From: a virus
Lineage: Duplodnaviria > Caudoviricetes
Length of the DNA stretch: 51,570 bases
IMG/VR virus record: IMGVR_UViG_3300036795_000069
Span: 1-51,570 of that record
Reading direction: 5' to 3' (one strand)
Shown: positions 7,669 through 17,087 of the stretch, one piece after another
Numbering within the stretch: position 1 is the first letter of the stretch
Layout of the letters: every line of letters starts with the position of its first letter
The notes under the pieces: model-generated
The model's database searches: none
Told to the model about the DNA's origin: nothing
Seen by the model: the letters and a program-made list of their open reading frames with translations, nothing else
Program-made: the position numbers and the translations under genes

Positions 7669-9522
7669 ATGACTCTGCCAGCGAACTTGGCTGTCGCAAC
7701 AGTAACAGGTACGCTTCGTGACCAGGCGGAGCAGCCACTGAAGACCATCACGATGGTGTTCCAACCATCCATCGACATGCTTCGGGATCCTACTTCCGGA
7801 GATATCTTCCTCGACGGTACGCCGTATCCCACGTGTGTTACCGACGATACAGACGGAACGTTCTCGATTGACCTCCTACCGTGTAACGATCCTGACAGCA
7901 CACCGATCAACTGGTGGTACATCGTAACCCTAACAGGTACCGACAACGGTGGACAGCAGCTCTCCAAGACGTTCAAGGCAATCGTCATTCACGATGAGGC
8001 AGACCTGAAGTTGGCAGCCATCATCGATGATGGTCCAGACGATGGACCAATTGCAGTCGTGTCTCTCGGCATGTTGTCCGATGTGGACATCAGCACCTCA
8101 CTTCCTACAGATGGTCAGTCGCTGACGTATCACGCGGCGACCAAGAAGTGGATACCTGCGACAATTACAGGTGGAGGCGGTGACGACCTCAGCGACTACT
8201 ACACCAAAGAGGAAGTCGCCGCACTTCTTGGTGACTATGTCACCAGCGACACGCTCGAGACGTACGCACTCATCAGTGATGTCAGTACAGCACTTGCAAC
8301 GAAGCTTAGTGTTGACGATGCTGCCGACACCTACGCAACAGCTACTGCTCAGGCAGCTGATGCAACCAACATCTCCGACCTACAAGGGCGAGTTTCCTCT
8401 CTGGAAACAGGAGGCTCTACTGGTGGAGCTGGTGTAGTCCTGCTAGATGGCTTCGATGGTGCTAGTGACGACGACAAGCTCGGTGCAGCGATGACGTATG
8501 CTGCAGCTCAGACATACCACCCCACGATCCAGCTTCTGAATCGTGCCTACTCGTTCACGGTTGCAAGGACCTTGTACGATGGCTTCAGGATGCAGGGGCC
8601 TCCTGGTTACAGTAATGCTGAGAAGTCCGCGCCTAACATGGCCTGCAAGGTTGATGTCAACGTCGCTGGTGGTATTTGGCTCAATGCGACCTCGGGAAGC
8701 TTCACGTGGGACCTGTACCTCGCACACCTGTGCTTCACGGGTCACTCTACTGTACAGTTCCTCGCCACGACTAACGGTGGCCTGTACTGTGCACTGCTTC
8801 GCGACTTGACCTTCGCGAACTTCAAGTCGGTGATGGGTTCACAGGCAGCCAAGTGTCAGATGACAGCTTGTGTGTTCGATGGCTTCTGGGATGTGGACAA
8901 CTCGTACGCTGGAGCCTTCCACATTGCTGGATCCGACAACAACCTCTGGCCATCAGGCATGTTGCTCGACTCAGGTACAGCCTTCAACAGTGGCGCTGTA
9001 GGTCAGTACCACCTCTGGTGTGACTTCCTCGAGAACACGACCATTGGTCCTATCTTCATTACCTGTGAAGGTAACTGGAGCGGCATCAAGGTTTCAGGAC
9101 CTGCTTACAACTCTGGTGGATCGAACCTCGGTGGTCTGTTGGTCTTCTCGCCTGGCCTTCGTGTGCAGGGACGTAACATCGGACAGCCTTGTAACGGTGC
9201 AGTCATGAGGATCGAAGGCGGAATCGTATCTCTACGGGATGCCTCTCCAGCCTTCGGAATGGCTTCCCCATCCAGCAACACACACAGTCCAGTAGATGCT
9301 GGCATCATCCACCAGACAGCTGGCATGCTGATTGCCGACGGCATCATGTACGACCACGCTACGGGAGTTGCTGAGACCGTTCCACTGCTATACTCGGCAG
9401 GTGGAATAGCTATTATCTCCCGCGCGTTGCTCGGCTCCAAGGGTGGTGCTTGGACTGGTAAGCCAGGTACGAAGGCTTCCGGTGGCACGATCACCAACGA
9501 CAGCACCATGACAACGCTGTAG
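7669..9522 (+). CDS. Tailspike or receptor-binding protein (probable beta-helix C-terminus)
   Basis: Virion-type N-terminus, LSDVD...DGQSLTY motif, SDDDKLGAA followed by a Gly/Asn-rich beta-rich region. Confidence 0.65.
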   Translation: MTLPANLAVATVTGTLRDQAEQPLKTITMVFQPSIDMLRDPTSGDIFLDGTPYPTCVTDDTDGTFSIDLLPCNDPDSTPINWWYIVTLTGTDNGGQQLSKTFKAIVIHDEADLKLAAIIDDGPDDGPIAVVSLGMLSDVDISTSLPTDGQSLTYHAATKKWIPATITGGGGDDLSDYYTKEEVAALLGDYVTSDTLETYALISDVSTALATKLSVDDAADTYATATAQAADATNISDLQGRVSSLETGGSTGGAGVVLLDGFDGASDDDKLGAAMTYAAAQTYHPTIQLLNRAYSFTVARTLYDGFRMQGPPGYSNAEKSAPNMACKVDVNVAGGIWLNATSGSFTWDLYLAHLCFTGHSTVQFLATTNGGLYCALLRDLTFANFKSVMGSQAAKCQMTACVFDGFWDVDNSYAGAFHIAGSDNNLWPSGMLLDSGTAFNSGAVGQYHLWCDFLENTTIGPIFITCEGNWSGIKVSGPAYNSGGSNLGGLLVFSPGLRVQGRNIGQPCNGAVMRIEGGIVSLRDASPAFGMASPSSNTHSPVDAGIIHQTAGMLIADGIMYDHATGVAETVPLLYSAGGIAIISRALLGSKGGAWTGKPGTKASGGTITNDSTMTTL

Positions 9523-9541
9523 TCAACAACCAGGAGAGGTA

Positions 9542-9817
9542 ATGGCAGATCACCAGATCAGGAAGTGCCCGATCTGCGGGCAGACTGACGACTCACCTCG
9601 TCATGTCGACGATCGTGCAACGGGTCTTCCGTTGCCTTTCCATGTCGACTGTCACGCGAACTCGGGCTGCGGAGTCTGCGTTGCAGTCCTCGCTCGTCCA
9701 GAGGTCACTGGCAAGCAGAACGACGAGCTCCGTACCGTCCTCGAGCCACTGAGCCACTTGCAGTGGTCGCTCACTGAAGACGGTGTAGTCACCTACACAG
9801 AGAACGTGGAGGCGTAA
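9542..9817 (+). CDS. Small Cys/His metal-binding protein
   Basis: CPICG, HVDCH, CGVC; GGAGAGG RBS. Confidence 0.75.
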   Translation: MADHQIRKCPICGQTDDSPRHVDDRATGLPLPFHVDCHANSGCGVCVAVLARPEVTGKQNDELRTVLEPLSHLQWSLTEDGVVTYTENVEA

Positions 9818-9820
9818 GCC

Positions 9821-10204
9821 ATGGCACCCTCTGGATTGCCTACAACGGCTGCGAACCGTGTGATCGACTGGTCTCACGGTCTCAGTGCCACAGCTCCGAC
9901 TACGCCAATGAAGGTCGCCATCACGACGACCGCTCCGACGGCTTCGGCAGCTGGTACTAAGGTTTCTGGTCCAGCTGATCAGACGCTGACTCAGGGTGCT
10001 GCGGCCTCCAACTCGTCGGCGAACACTACAGCGCTTACCTGGTCAGGTATGCCTGCTACGACAACCGTAGGCGTCGATGAATACGATGCCGTTCCCTTCC
10101 GGTGGTGGTTCGGTCAGCTAGCAACATCCCGAACTACCTCGAGCGGAGACATCCTCACCATCGCCATCGGCTCGTACACCACAGCAATCAACCCGAGCAC
10201 GTAG
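9821..10204 (+). CDS. Minor virion or fibre protein
   Basis: Ala/Thr-rich and beta-rich; resembles small actinophage fibre subunits. Confidence 0.65.
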   Translation: MAPSGLPTTAANRVIDWSHGLSATAPTTPMKVAITTTAPTASAAGTKVSGPADQTLTQGAAASNSSANTTALTWSGMPATTTVGVDEYDAVPFRWWFGQLATSRTTSSGDILTIAIGSYTTAINPST

Positions 10205-10207
10205 CCC

Positions 10208-11815
10208 ATGACAGTCGCTCTGGACGCGATTGGCCCGTCATCCACCGGGCAGGCAGCCATCTCCGCCGGCAATACCTCCACCTGGTTGCACACGGTCGGG
10301 GCCGGCGCAAACCAGGTCCTGTACGTCGGTATCGCGGTTGGATTTTTCAGCACCGACACCAGCGGCTCGACCACGGCAGCGACGTATAACGGTGTCGCGA
10401 TGACTTCGATCGGCAAAGTCAAGAGCAACAACAGCGGGAATGGTTATGTCGAGGTGTTCCGCCTCATCGCCCCCCCGCAGGGCGCGCACACAGTGTCGGT
10501 CGTCTGCTCAACATCGCCAACTTCTATGGTGGGCGGTTCGTTGTCCTACAACGGAGCTAACCAGACTACGCCCAATACTACCCCCGTTACCAACTTCGGC
10601 TCTGGTACCAACCCCAACTGCTCGGTTACCGGTGGTGCGGTCGGAGACCTGGCGCTCAACTTCGCCTGCTGTGGGTCGGCGTTCACCGCGTCGAACGGCA
10701 CGGTCGAGATTCAGAACAACTTTAGCACCCAGTCGGGGGCGGGGTGCATGTCCTGCTCACAGTTCGCGGGGAGCGCATCGGCGGTGTCGATGGGCTACAC
10801 GGCCGGGAACGACTGGTGGGGCATCGTTGGGTTCGACATCAAGGCGGCCACGGGCGGATCTACTGTCAACGCCTCGGTTGCTGCAGCCTCGACAAGTCAG
10901 ACAGCTGCGGGAGCCAAGCTAACCGAACAGGCTACTGTTGCTGAGGCTTCGACATCGCAGACAACAGTCGCTGACAAGCTTACGGAACAGGCTGCAGTTC
11001 ATGCAGCCTCGACTAGTCAAACGACAGCAACGCCTACACCAGTCGCAGGTAGTGTTGTAGAGGCTTCAACTTCACAGGCAACAGCTGGTGCAAGCCTTAC
11101 AGAGGTAGCAACTGCCGCAGCTGCCTCAATTGCATCAACTACCGTAGGCGCTGCACTAACTGAACAGGCTCAGGCATCGGCTGCTTCAACAAGCTCAGCA
11201 GTTGTGGCAGCTGATACAATTGCACCAGGCGCATCTAGTGCTGTATCCACTTCAGGTGCTAGTGTCGGGGCAACTCTTACTGAGCAGGCTACAGTACACG
11301 CCTTAAGTACGTCGCAGTTGTCAGCAGATGCATCCGGATCTGGTAACGTCGATGCGTCTGTAGCAGCTGGATCAACCAGCTCGGCTACAGTGGGTGTATC
11401 CATAAGTGAGTTCGCAGCTGTAGCGGCAGCCTCGAAGTCTAGTGCCTCAGCTGAAGTCATCATCACAGTCAATCCCAGCGTGGCTATGACTAGTGCATCT
11501 GAAGCGTCTGTGGAAGCATTGGTAACGATGCCAGCAGGTGTTGCCGCACTAAGTACGTCACAAGCTTCTGCTACGGCATTCGAGAACGCAATGCCTTCAG
11601 TGGCTGTCATAAGCACATCAGAGGCTGTAGTAGACGAAGGTCCGCGAGCAGAACGGAACATCACATTGGTAATTGGTCCAATCACTCCAGGATGGTTTGT
11701 AGAAGCCATCTCGAACAGTGACTGGGTCAATAGCATACTCAGCAACTCGGATTGGGCAAACACTGAACCTACAGCGGGCGACTGGGTCGCTGGCCCTGTA
11801 GCAGCTTTTTCATAG
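10208..11815 (+). CDS. Ala/Ser/Thr-rich repeat fibre protein
   Basis: ~215-aa globular N-domain followed by ~20-aa ASTSQ..LTEQA repeats. Confidence 0.75.
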   Translation: MTVALDAIGPSSTGQAAISAGNTSTWLHTVGAGANQVLYVGIAVGFFSTDTSGSTTAATYNGVAMTSIGKVKSNNSGNGYVEVFRLIAPPQGAHTVSVVCSTSPTSMVGGSLSYNGANQTTPNTTPVTNFGSGTNPNCSVTGGAVGDLALNFACCGSAFTASNGTVEIQNNFSTQSGAGCMSCSQFAGSASAVSMGYTAGNDWWGIVGFDIKAATGGSTVNASVAAASTSQTAAGAKLTEQATVAEASTSQTTVADKLTEQAAVHAASTSQTTATPTPVAGSVVEASTSQATAGASLTEVATAAAASIASTTVGAALTEQAQASAASTSSAVVAADTIAPGASSAVSTSGASVGATLTEQATVHALSTSQLSADASGSGNVDASVAAGSTSSATVGVSISEFAAVAAASKSSASAEVIITVNPSVAMTSASEASVEALVTMPAGVAALSTSQASATAFENAMPSVAVISTSEAVVDEGPRAERNITLVIGPITPGWFVEAISNSDWVNSILSNSDWANTEPTAGDWVAGPVAAFS

Positions 11816-11830
11816 GAGCGGAGACTCGCT

Positions 11831-12178
11831 GTGGCACTCGACATTACATTGGACACGGTATATATTGCCCTGGTAACGGGTGATCCAACCGATGAGGATT
11901 GGGTGGAGGTTAACTGGACTAGGGTAGCTCCGCCAACTCCTCCCGCAGGAGTTACTTCCACGGCGGCTATCTACCACCTGTCAACCGAGTTTCGGTGGTT
12001 CAAGATCACGGCCTTCGACGATGCTGGTGATACGGACTTCGCGTGGGTCAAGTTCCTGTGCGGTCCAGCATCTGGTGATGTGTCGTGGCCATCAGCTGGA
12101 TCGCCGAACCTGTACTGTAAGATCTCAGACAGTCCGGAAGTTCCGGTTCTGCCTATAGGTGCAATGAAGGTGACCTGA
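11831..12178 (+). CDS. Minor virion protein
   Basis: AGGAG RBS; C-terminal ISDSPEVPVL motif; TGATG overlap with terL. Confidence 0.7.
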   Translation: MALDITLDTVYIALVTGDPTDEDWVEVNWTRVAPPTPPAGVTSTAAIYHLSTEFRWFKITAFDDAGDTDFAWVKFLCGPASGDVSWPSAGSPNLYCKISDSPEVPVLPIGAMKVT

Positions 12179-13596
12179 TGGCTAAGACCATTGACAAGTA
12201 CGCGTACTTCAAGCGGATCGGCTATGAGCCACACTCTGCTGCACAGCACTCGTACCACACGAGTCCTGCACGGTTCCGCGTACCTTGCTGCGGTCGACGC
12301 TTTGGTAAGAGCACCATGGCAGGAACAGATCTCGAGCCTAAGCTGTTCATTCCGAAGACTCGTTACTGGATCGTCGGTCCTACGTACGACTTGGGCGAGA
12401 AGGAGTTTCGTGTCATCTGGGACCACCTGATCGTCCAGATGATGTTCGGTAAGGACAAGCGAGTCAAGAAGGCGTACAACAAGCGTTCCGGCGACATGTA
12501 CATCGAGATGCCTTGGGGTTCTCGTGTCGAAGTTCGCTCAGCTGACCACCCAGAGAACCTGGTCGGTGAGGCTCTCGATGGTGTGATCATGTCAGAGGCT
12601 GCCAAGCAGAAGAAGGAAACCTGGGAGCGTTTCATCCGACCAGCTCTGGCTGACAAGCGTGGCTTCGCAGACTTTCCCACCACACCAGAGGGATTCAATT
12701 GGCTGCACGAGCTTTGGCAGTACGGTCAGAACCCTAGCATGCCCATGTACGACTCGTGGAACTTCCCGTCCTGGGCTAACACGAAGGTGTACCCCGAGGG
12801 TCGTATTGACCCGGAGATCCAGCTACTCGAGCTGACCACTGCAGCAGAGTGGTTCCTTCAGGAGATCGCCGCCGAGTTTGCTGCCTTCGTCGGTAAGATC
12901 TTTCCTGAGTGGAACGAGGCTACACATGTTACTGACATTGAGTTCGATCCAGCACTTCCGAACTATGGCTGCTTCGACTGGGGTTATACTAATCCCTTGG
13001 CCTTCATTGAGTTCCAGGTTACGCCTCGCGATGAGATCCGTGTGTGGCGTGAGCACTACAAGCCCTACACCACCCTTGAGGACCACATCAACATTCTCAA
13101 GGGACGTGAGCAGCCAGTAGGATACCACCTAGACACAACGTTTGGTGATGCAGCAGACCCTGAAGCTGTTGCAGTCATCAACCAGAAGTTCGCACCATGC
13201 TTGGCTGATCCACTGGCGAAGGAGAACTGGCGTCAAGGCATCGACTTGATGCGGAGCTTCATGAAGCCTCGGCCGAGCATGATCGAGATCGACGAGTACG
13301 GTACACCAGCGAACGATCGTCCAGGCTACTTCATCGACAGGAAGTGCCTGAACACGATTAGGGAGCATAACAATTATCGTGCCAAGACTCCAGTACGAGG
13401 TCAGAACGTCCCAGAAATGGGTCAGAAACTTGACGATCATGCTATCGATGCTCTGCGTTACGGACTTATGCATCTGTACGTACTGGGTGCTCAGCACCAT
13501 CTGAACGAGGTATACACGTCAGGTTCAGATACGACGAATACCACCAATGGAGGATTCTTCACGATGGGCGACATGGAGAGTGGAGGTGACTTTTAA
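12178..13596 (+). CDS. terL: Terminase large subunit
   Basis: GRRFGKS Walker A, GVIMSEAA Walker B, PTTPEG, DWGYTNP and DDHAIDALRY. Confidence 0.97.
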   Translation: MAKTIDKYAYFKRIGYEPHSAAQHSYHTSPARFRVPCCGRRFGKSTMAGTDLEPKLFIPKTRYWIVGPTYDLGEKEFRVIWDHLIVQMMFGKDKRVKKAYNKRSGDMYIEMPWGSRVEVRSADHPENLVGEALDGVIMSEAAKQKKETWERFIRPALADKRGFADFPTTPEGFNWLHELWQYGQNPSMPMYDSWNFPSWANTKVYPEGRIDPEIQLLELTTAAEWFLQEIAAEFAAFVGKIFPEWNEATHVTDIEFDPALPNYGCFDWGYTNPLAFIEFQVTPRDEIRVWREHYKPYTTLEDHINILKGREQPVGYHLDTTFGDAADPEAVAVINQKFAPCLADPLAKENWRQGIDLMRSFMKPRPSMIEIDEYGTPANDRPGYFIDRKCLNTIREHNNYRAKTPVRGQNVPEMGQKLDDHAIDALRYGLMHLYVLGAQHHLNEVYTSGSDTTNTTNGGFFTMGDMESGGDF

Positions 13597-15188
13597 TGGT
13601 CTCCCTGTGGGGCTTTGGAAAGAAGGCAAGCGGGTCTCAGGTTGCTGTCTCTACACCGGATACTCGTCATAGTGGTCAGATGACGATGACCGACGTGCTC
13701 GAGAGGTACGACATCGTCAGCGTAGACGAGATGGCGCAGTCGGTCATCGTGACTGAGAAGCCTGGCAAGCAGTTCGTCGGTAAGGTCTCCGACGTACCGA
13801 TCGGTGAGATTGGCTCGTCTTCACCCTCACCGTTCACATCGTTCACTCGCATGGAGTACAACAACAAGCTGCGGGGTCTTCAGGGCCTGCAGACGTATGA
13901 CAAGATGCGACGTGGAGACGGCACCGTACGGAGTTCACTGAGGATGCTTCGGACTCCTGTGTTGGCAGCTGAGTGGTTCGTGCAGCCGGCATCTGACTCC
14001 AAGCGTGATCAGAACGTGGCAGAGTTCATCTGGAACAACCTGAACTGCTGGATGTCCAATGCGTGGGGTCAGGTTCTCTTCGAGTCGACACTCATGCTGG
14101 ACTTTGGCTACTACATGTTCGAAAAGGTGTTCTGGGATCAGGAGCCACGGGCGAAGGGGATGGTGAGCTGGAAGAAGCTTGCGCCTCGTCACCCGATGGA
14201 TGTCGAACAGTGGCACTTCGACACCAATGGCGGTCCGGCGAGTGTCGACTTCTATCCGTGGGATCAGTTCGAGTTCGTCGACAAGAACATCAAGATCGAT
14301 AAGCTCCTCGTCATGTCGTACGACAAGGAGGCAGGTAACATCCAGGGCATTAGTGCTCTTCGGTCCGCCTACAAGCACTGGTTCTACAAGGACAACCTTC
14401 TGAAGATTGACGCCATCCAGAAGGAGCGTCACGGCATCGGTGTACCGATCATCAAGCTGCCTCCGAACTTTACTGATGCGGATCGTAAGCTCGCTGAGGA
14501 GATGGGTCGTAACCTTCGTACCAACGAACGTGCGCACATCATCCTCCCTCCGAACTGGGACATCATGTTTGCCAAGCTGGAAGGTCAGCACGTCGACGCC
14601 CTAGCTTCGGTGAACCTGCACAACCAGGAGCTCTGGGGGAACATCCTCGGTGGGTTCATGAATCCTGGTGACAAGCAGCAGGGTGCTGCGATCTCAGACC
14701 TTCAAGTGTTCTTCCTGAAGGCTTCTCAGTACGTCGCAGGCATCGTACGAGACACCTTCAACAAGCATGCCATTCCTCAGCTAGTTGACTACAACTGGAT
14801 GAGGCTCAATGGTTATCCGGAGTTAAAGGCTAGGTCGATCGCGGAGCAGGTCGACACACGTACGCTCAGCTTTGCCCTTCGTAACCTCGTTGGTTCTGGC
14901 CTTATCACTCCCGATGGCCAACTCGAGGATGTCCTACGTAACATCATGGACTTGCCTAACTTCGATGAGGCAACGGCTCGTATGGTTCCTACGCCTCAAG
15001 CGAATCCCGACGATGAAGAAGTCGGCCCTGATGGTAAGCCCATCCCTCCTGGCTCTGCGAACCCGCCAGTCCCGGGAGCACCCAAGCCGCCGGCGCCTGC
15101 TAGGGTTGGTCCTCCCAGGCAATCCCCCAAAGCAGGCGTCGGCCTTCCTCGACCCAACGCAGGACGTGACGCTAGCGGAGGCAAGTAA
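13596..15188 (+). CDS. Portal protein (DUF935/Mu gp29-like)
   Basis: Follows terL; G.SALRSAYKHW..K and ERHGIGVP motifs. Confidence 0.93.
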   Translation: MVSLWGFGKKASGSQVAVSTPDTRHSGQMTMTDVLERYDIVSVDEMAQSVIVTEKPGKQFVGKVSDVPIGEIGSSSPSPFTSFTRMEYNNKLRGLQGLQTYDKMRRGDGTVRSSLRMLRTPVLAAEWFVQPASDSKRDQNVAEFIWNNLNCWMSNAWGQVLFESTLMLDFGYYMFEKVFWDQEPRAKGMVSWKKLAPRHPMDVEQWHFDTNGGPASVDFYPWDQFEFVDKNIKIDKLLVMSYDKEAGNIQGISALRSAYKHWFYKDNLLKIDAIQKERHGIGVPIIKLPPNFTDADRKLAEEMGRNLRTNERAHIILPPNWDIMFAKLEGQHVDALASVNLHNQELWGNILGGFMNPGDKQQGAAISDLQVFFLKASQYVAGIVRDTFNKHAIPQLVDYNWMRLNGYPELKARSIAEQVDTRTLSFALRNLVGSGLITPDGQLEDVLRNIMDLPNFDEATARMVPTPQANPDDEEVGPDGKPIPPGSANPPVPGAPKPPAPARVGPPRQSPKAGVGLPRPNAGRDASGGK

Positions 15189-15195
15189 AGGAGTG

Positions 15196-15204
15196 TGATA
15201 TTAT
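15196..15204 (+). promoter_or_regulatory. Possible extended -10 late promoter upstream of the capsid genes
   Basis: TG-A-TATTAT in the intergenic gap; a similar TATTAT lies at 4841-4846. Confidence 0.35.
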
Positions 15205-15269
15205 ATACTGCCATCGTGTACTGATCGATCAGGCTAATTTACAATTAGGCAACAGGGAGAGGTAGCGAG

Positions 15270-15530
15270 ATGGCCAAAGGAAAAGCAGGCGCCACGAAGA
15301 GTGGTGGTAAGCAGCTTGGCGCCATGAAGAAAGTGGCTCCTCCGAAGGGTCCAGCAGGCAAAGGTACCGCCATGACGAAGGGTGGACCGAAGCAGGCCAA
15401 TCCGGCAGCGACCGGTAAGTCTCCCTCTCCCTTCGCCAAGGCTGTTCCCCCGAAGAAGCAAGCAGGTACCTCCCAGCGTACGAAGGCTGGTAAGGGTACG
15501 AAGGCGATGCCAAAGAAGGCCCCCAAGTGA
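15270..15530 (+). CDS. Lys/Gly/Pro/Ala-rich basic protein
   Basis: GGAGAGG RBS; no acidic residues; GTGA overlap with the protease gene. Confidence 0.7.
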   Translation: MAKGKAGATKSGGKQLGAMKKVAPPKGPAGKGTAMTKGGPKQANPAATGKSPSPFAKAVPPKKQAGTSQRTKAGKGTKAMPKKAPK

Positions 15531-16690
15531 AGTTCGGATACCTGGTTGAACTCAAGGGACAGGCCTTCGCAGACGATCAGCCGCACTGGATCATGGCTGC
15601 GCCGTTCGGCAAGTACGAGCATCCAGTATACGGCGAAGTCAACATCGACGCCACCAAGGCTGCTGAGTTCGCAGCGAACGTCAAGAACAACGTTCGTGGC
15701 CAGGAACTCGACATCGACTACGATCACAAGACGCGTACCGATGAGGCTGCTGGATGGGTCAAGGACGCAGAGGTTCGCAACGACGGCTTGTACCTTGCCG
15801 TTCAGTGGACCAAGTCAGCTGCGGCCAAGATCAAGGAGAAGGCCTACAAGTACTTCTCGCCGGAGTTCTACGACGAGTGGAAGCACCCCCAGACGGGCAC
15901 CACGCACAAGAATGTCTTGTTCGGTGGAGCTCTGACCAATCGGCCTTTCCTCAAGGGGATCGCCGCCATCAACATGTCGGAGGTATTCGACAGTGCACAG
16001 AAGCCGGAAGGAGTAAGTATGGACCCGAAGAAGCTTCGCCAGCTCCTGAAGCTCAGCGAGGACGCCTCCGACGCGGAAGTTGCGGCTGCGCTCGACAAGG
16101 CAACTGCGGCCCCCACGGATCCGCCGCAGGACGACCCGGACAAGAAGGACCCGCCGGAGGGTGACAAGAAGGACCCCCCGAACGATCCTGCTCAGCTGTC
16201 CGAGGCCCAGATCAAGCAGCTGGCCGAGTCCAACCCAGTCGTCAAGCTCCTCATGGAGCAGAACGCGGCGATCCAGAAGCAGCTGACCGAGCAGGGAGCG
16301 GCGCTCAAGCTCTCCGAGGTCAATGGTCAGGTCGTCAAGCTGAACGAGACGGCCCGAGGCAACAAGCGTCTGCTTCCGCCGGCGGTGTCCGAGGAGCTCA
16401 AGAAGATCCTCCTCAAGGCTCCCAAGGAGCTGTCGGAGAACGTCTTCGATGCCTTCGACCACCTCGCCAAGACGGGCTTTGTCCAGCTCGGCGAGAAGGG
16501 TCAGACGGTCGGCGACCCGAACATCAAGTCTGCCGCGCAGAGGTTCTCCGAGGCGACCGACAAGCTCATCAAGGAGAACGGCAAGATGACCTACGCTGAC
16601 GCCGTCAGCGAGGTTGCACGTGAGGACCCGGAGCTCTTCGACGAGTACCGGATCGAGTCCACTGTGGTGGAGGGAGGTAACCGTGGCTGA
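15527..16690 (+). CDS. Mu gpI-like capsid maturation protease with C-terminal scaffold
   Basis: IDYDH, AAGWV, YKYFSPEF and GGALTNRPFLKG motifs. Confidence 0.92.
   Translation: MKFGYLVELKGQAFADDQPHWIMAAPFGKYEHPVYGEVNIDATKAAEFAANVKNNVRGQELDIDYDHKTRTDEAAGWVKDAEVRNDGLYLAVQWTKSAAAKIKEKAYKYFSPEFYDEWKHPQTGTTHKNVLFGGALTNRPFLKGIAAINMSEVFDSAQKPEGVSMDPKKLRQLLKLSEDASDAEVAAALDKATAAPTDPPQDDPDKKDPPEGDKKDPPNDPAQLSEAQIKQLAESNPVVKLLMEQNAAIQKQLTEQGAALKLSEVNGQVVKLNETARGNKRLLPPAVSEELKKILLKAPKELSENVFDAFDHLAKTGFVQLGEKGQTVGDPNIKSAAQRFSEATDKLIKENGKMTYADAVSEVAREDPELFDEYRIESTVVEGGNRG
16019..16690 (+). CDS. Nested scaffolding protein (internal in-frame start)
   Basis: GGAAGGAG RBS before the in-frame ATG at 16019. Confidence 0.6.
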   Translation: MDPKKLRQLLKLSEDASDAEVAAALDKATAAPTDPPQDDPDKKDPPEGDKKDPPNDPAQLSEAQIKQLAESNPVVKLLMEQNAAIQKQLTEQGAALKLSEVNGQVVKLNETARGNKRLLPPAVSEELKKILLKAPKELSENVFDAFDHLAKTGFVQLGEKGQTVGDPNIKSAAQRFSEATDKLIKENGKMTYADAVSEVAREDPELFDEYRIESTVVEGGNRG

Positions 16691-17087
16691 TCACATCCTG
16701 AGCAAGGGCTTCCTTGCGACGGGTTCAACTGCATTCGCGATGGGTGAAGCTGTTATCGTCACCACCGCGAATCGCACGGCGGCTCGTTCGACAACTGCCA
16801 GTGCTGAGGGCCTAGTCGGTATCGCCATCGAGAGTGTCGACGCCGCCAAGGTCACCACTGGCAACGTCGTCGTCGGCGTAGCCCTGATCGGTGCCGCGCG
16901 GTGCCTAGCAGGTGCCGCAGTCGCTGTGGGCGCCAGCGTTACCAACGACACCACAGCTCGTTTGGTGTCGTTGACCAAGGCGACTGCAGGCACCGTGCCC
17001 AAGAAGCAGATCGGCATCGCCATGAGCGCTGCAGGAGCTGCTGGCGACTACTTCGACGTCCTGCTCACCCCAGGAGCGGAGTTCTGA
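16683..17087 (+). CDS. Capsid decoration/cement protein (DUF2190-like)
   Basis: Ala/Gly/Thr-rich; GIA...A..AGD.FDV motif; lies between scaffold and MCP. Confidence 0.8.
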   Translation: MADHILSKGFLATGSTAFAMGEAVIVTTANRTAARSTTASAEGLVGIAIESVDAAKVTTGNVVVGVALIGAARCLAGAAVAVGASVTNDTTARLVSLTKATAGTVPKKQIGIAMSAAGAAGDYFDVLLTPGAEF

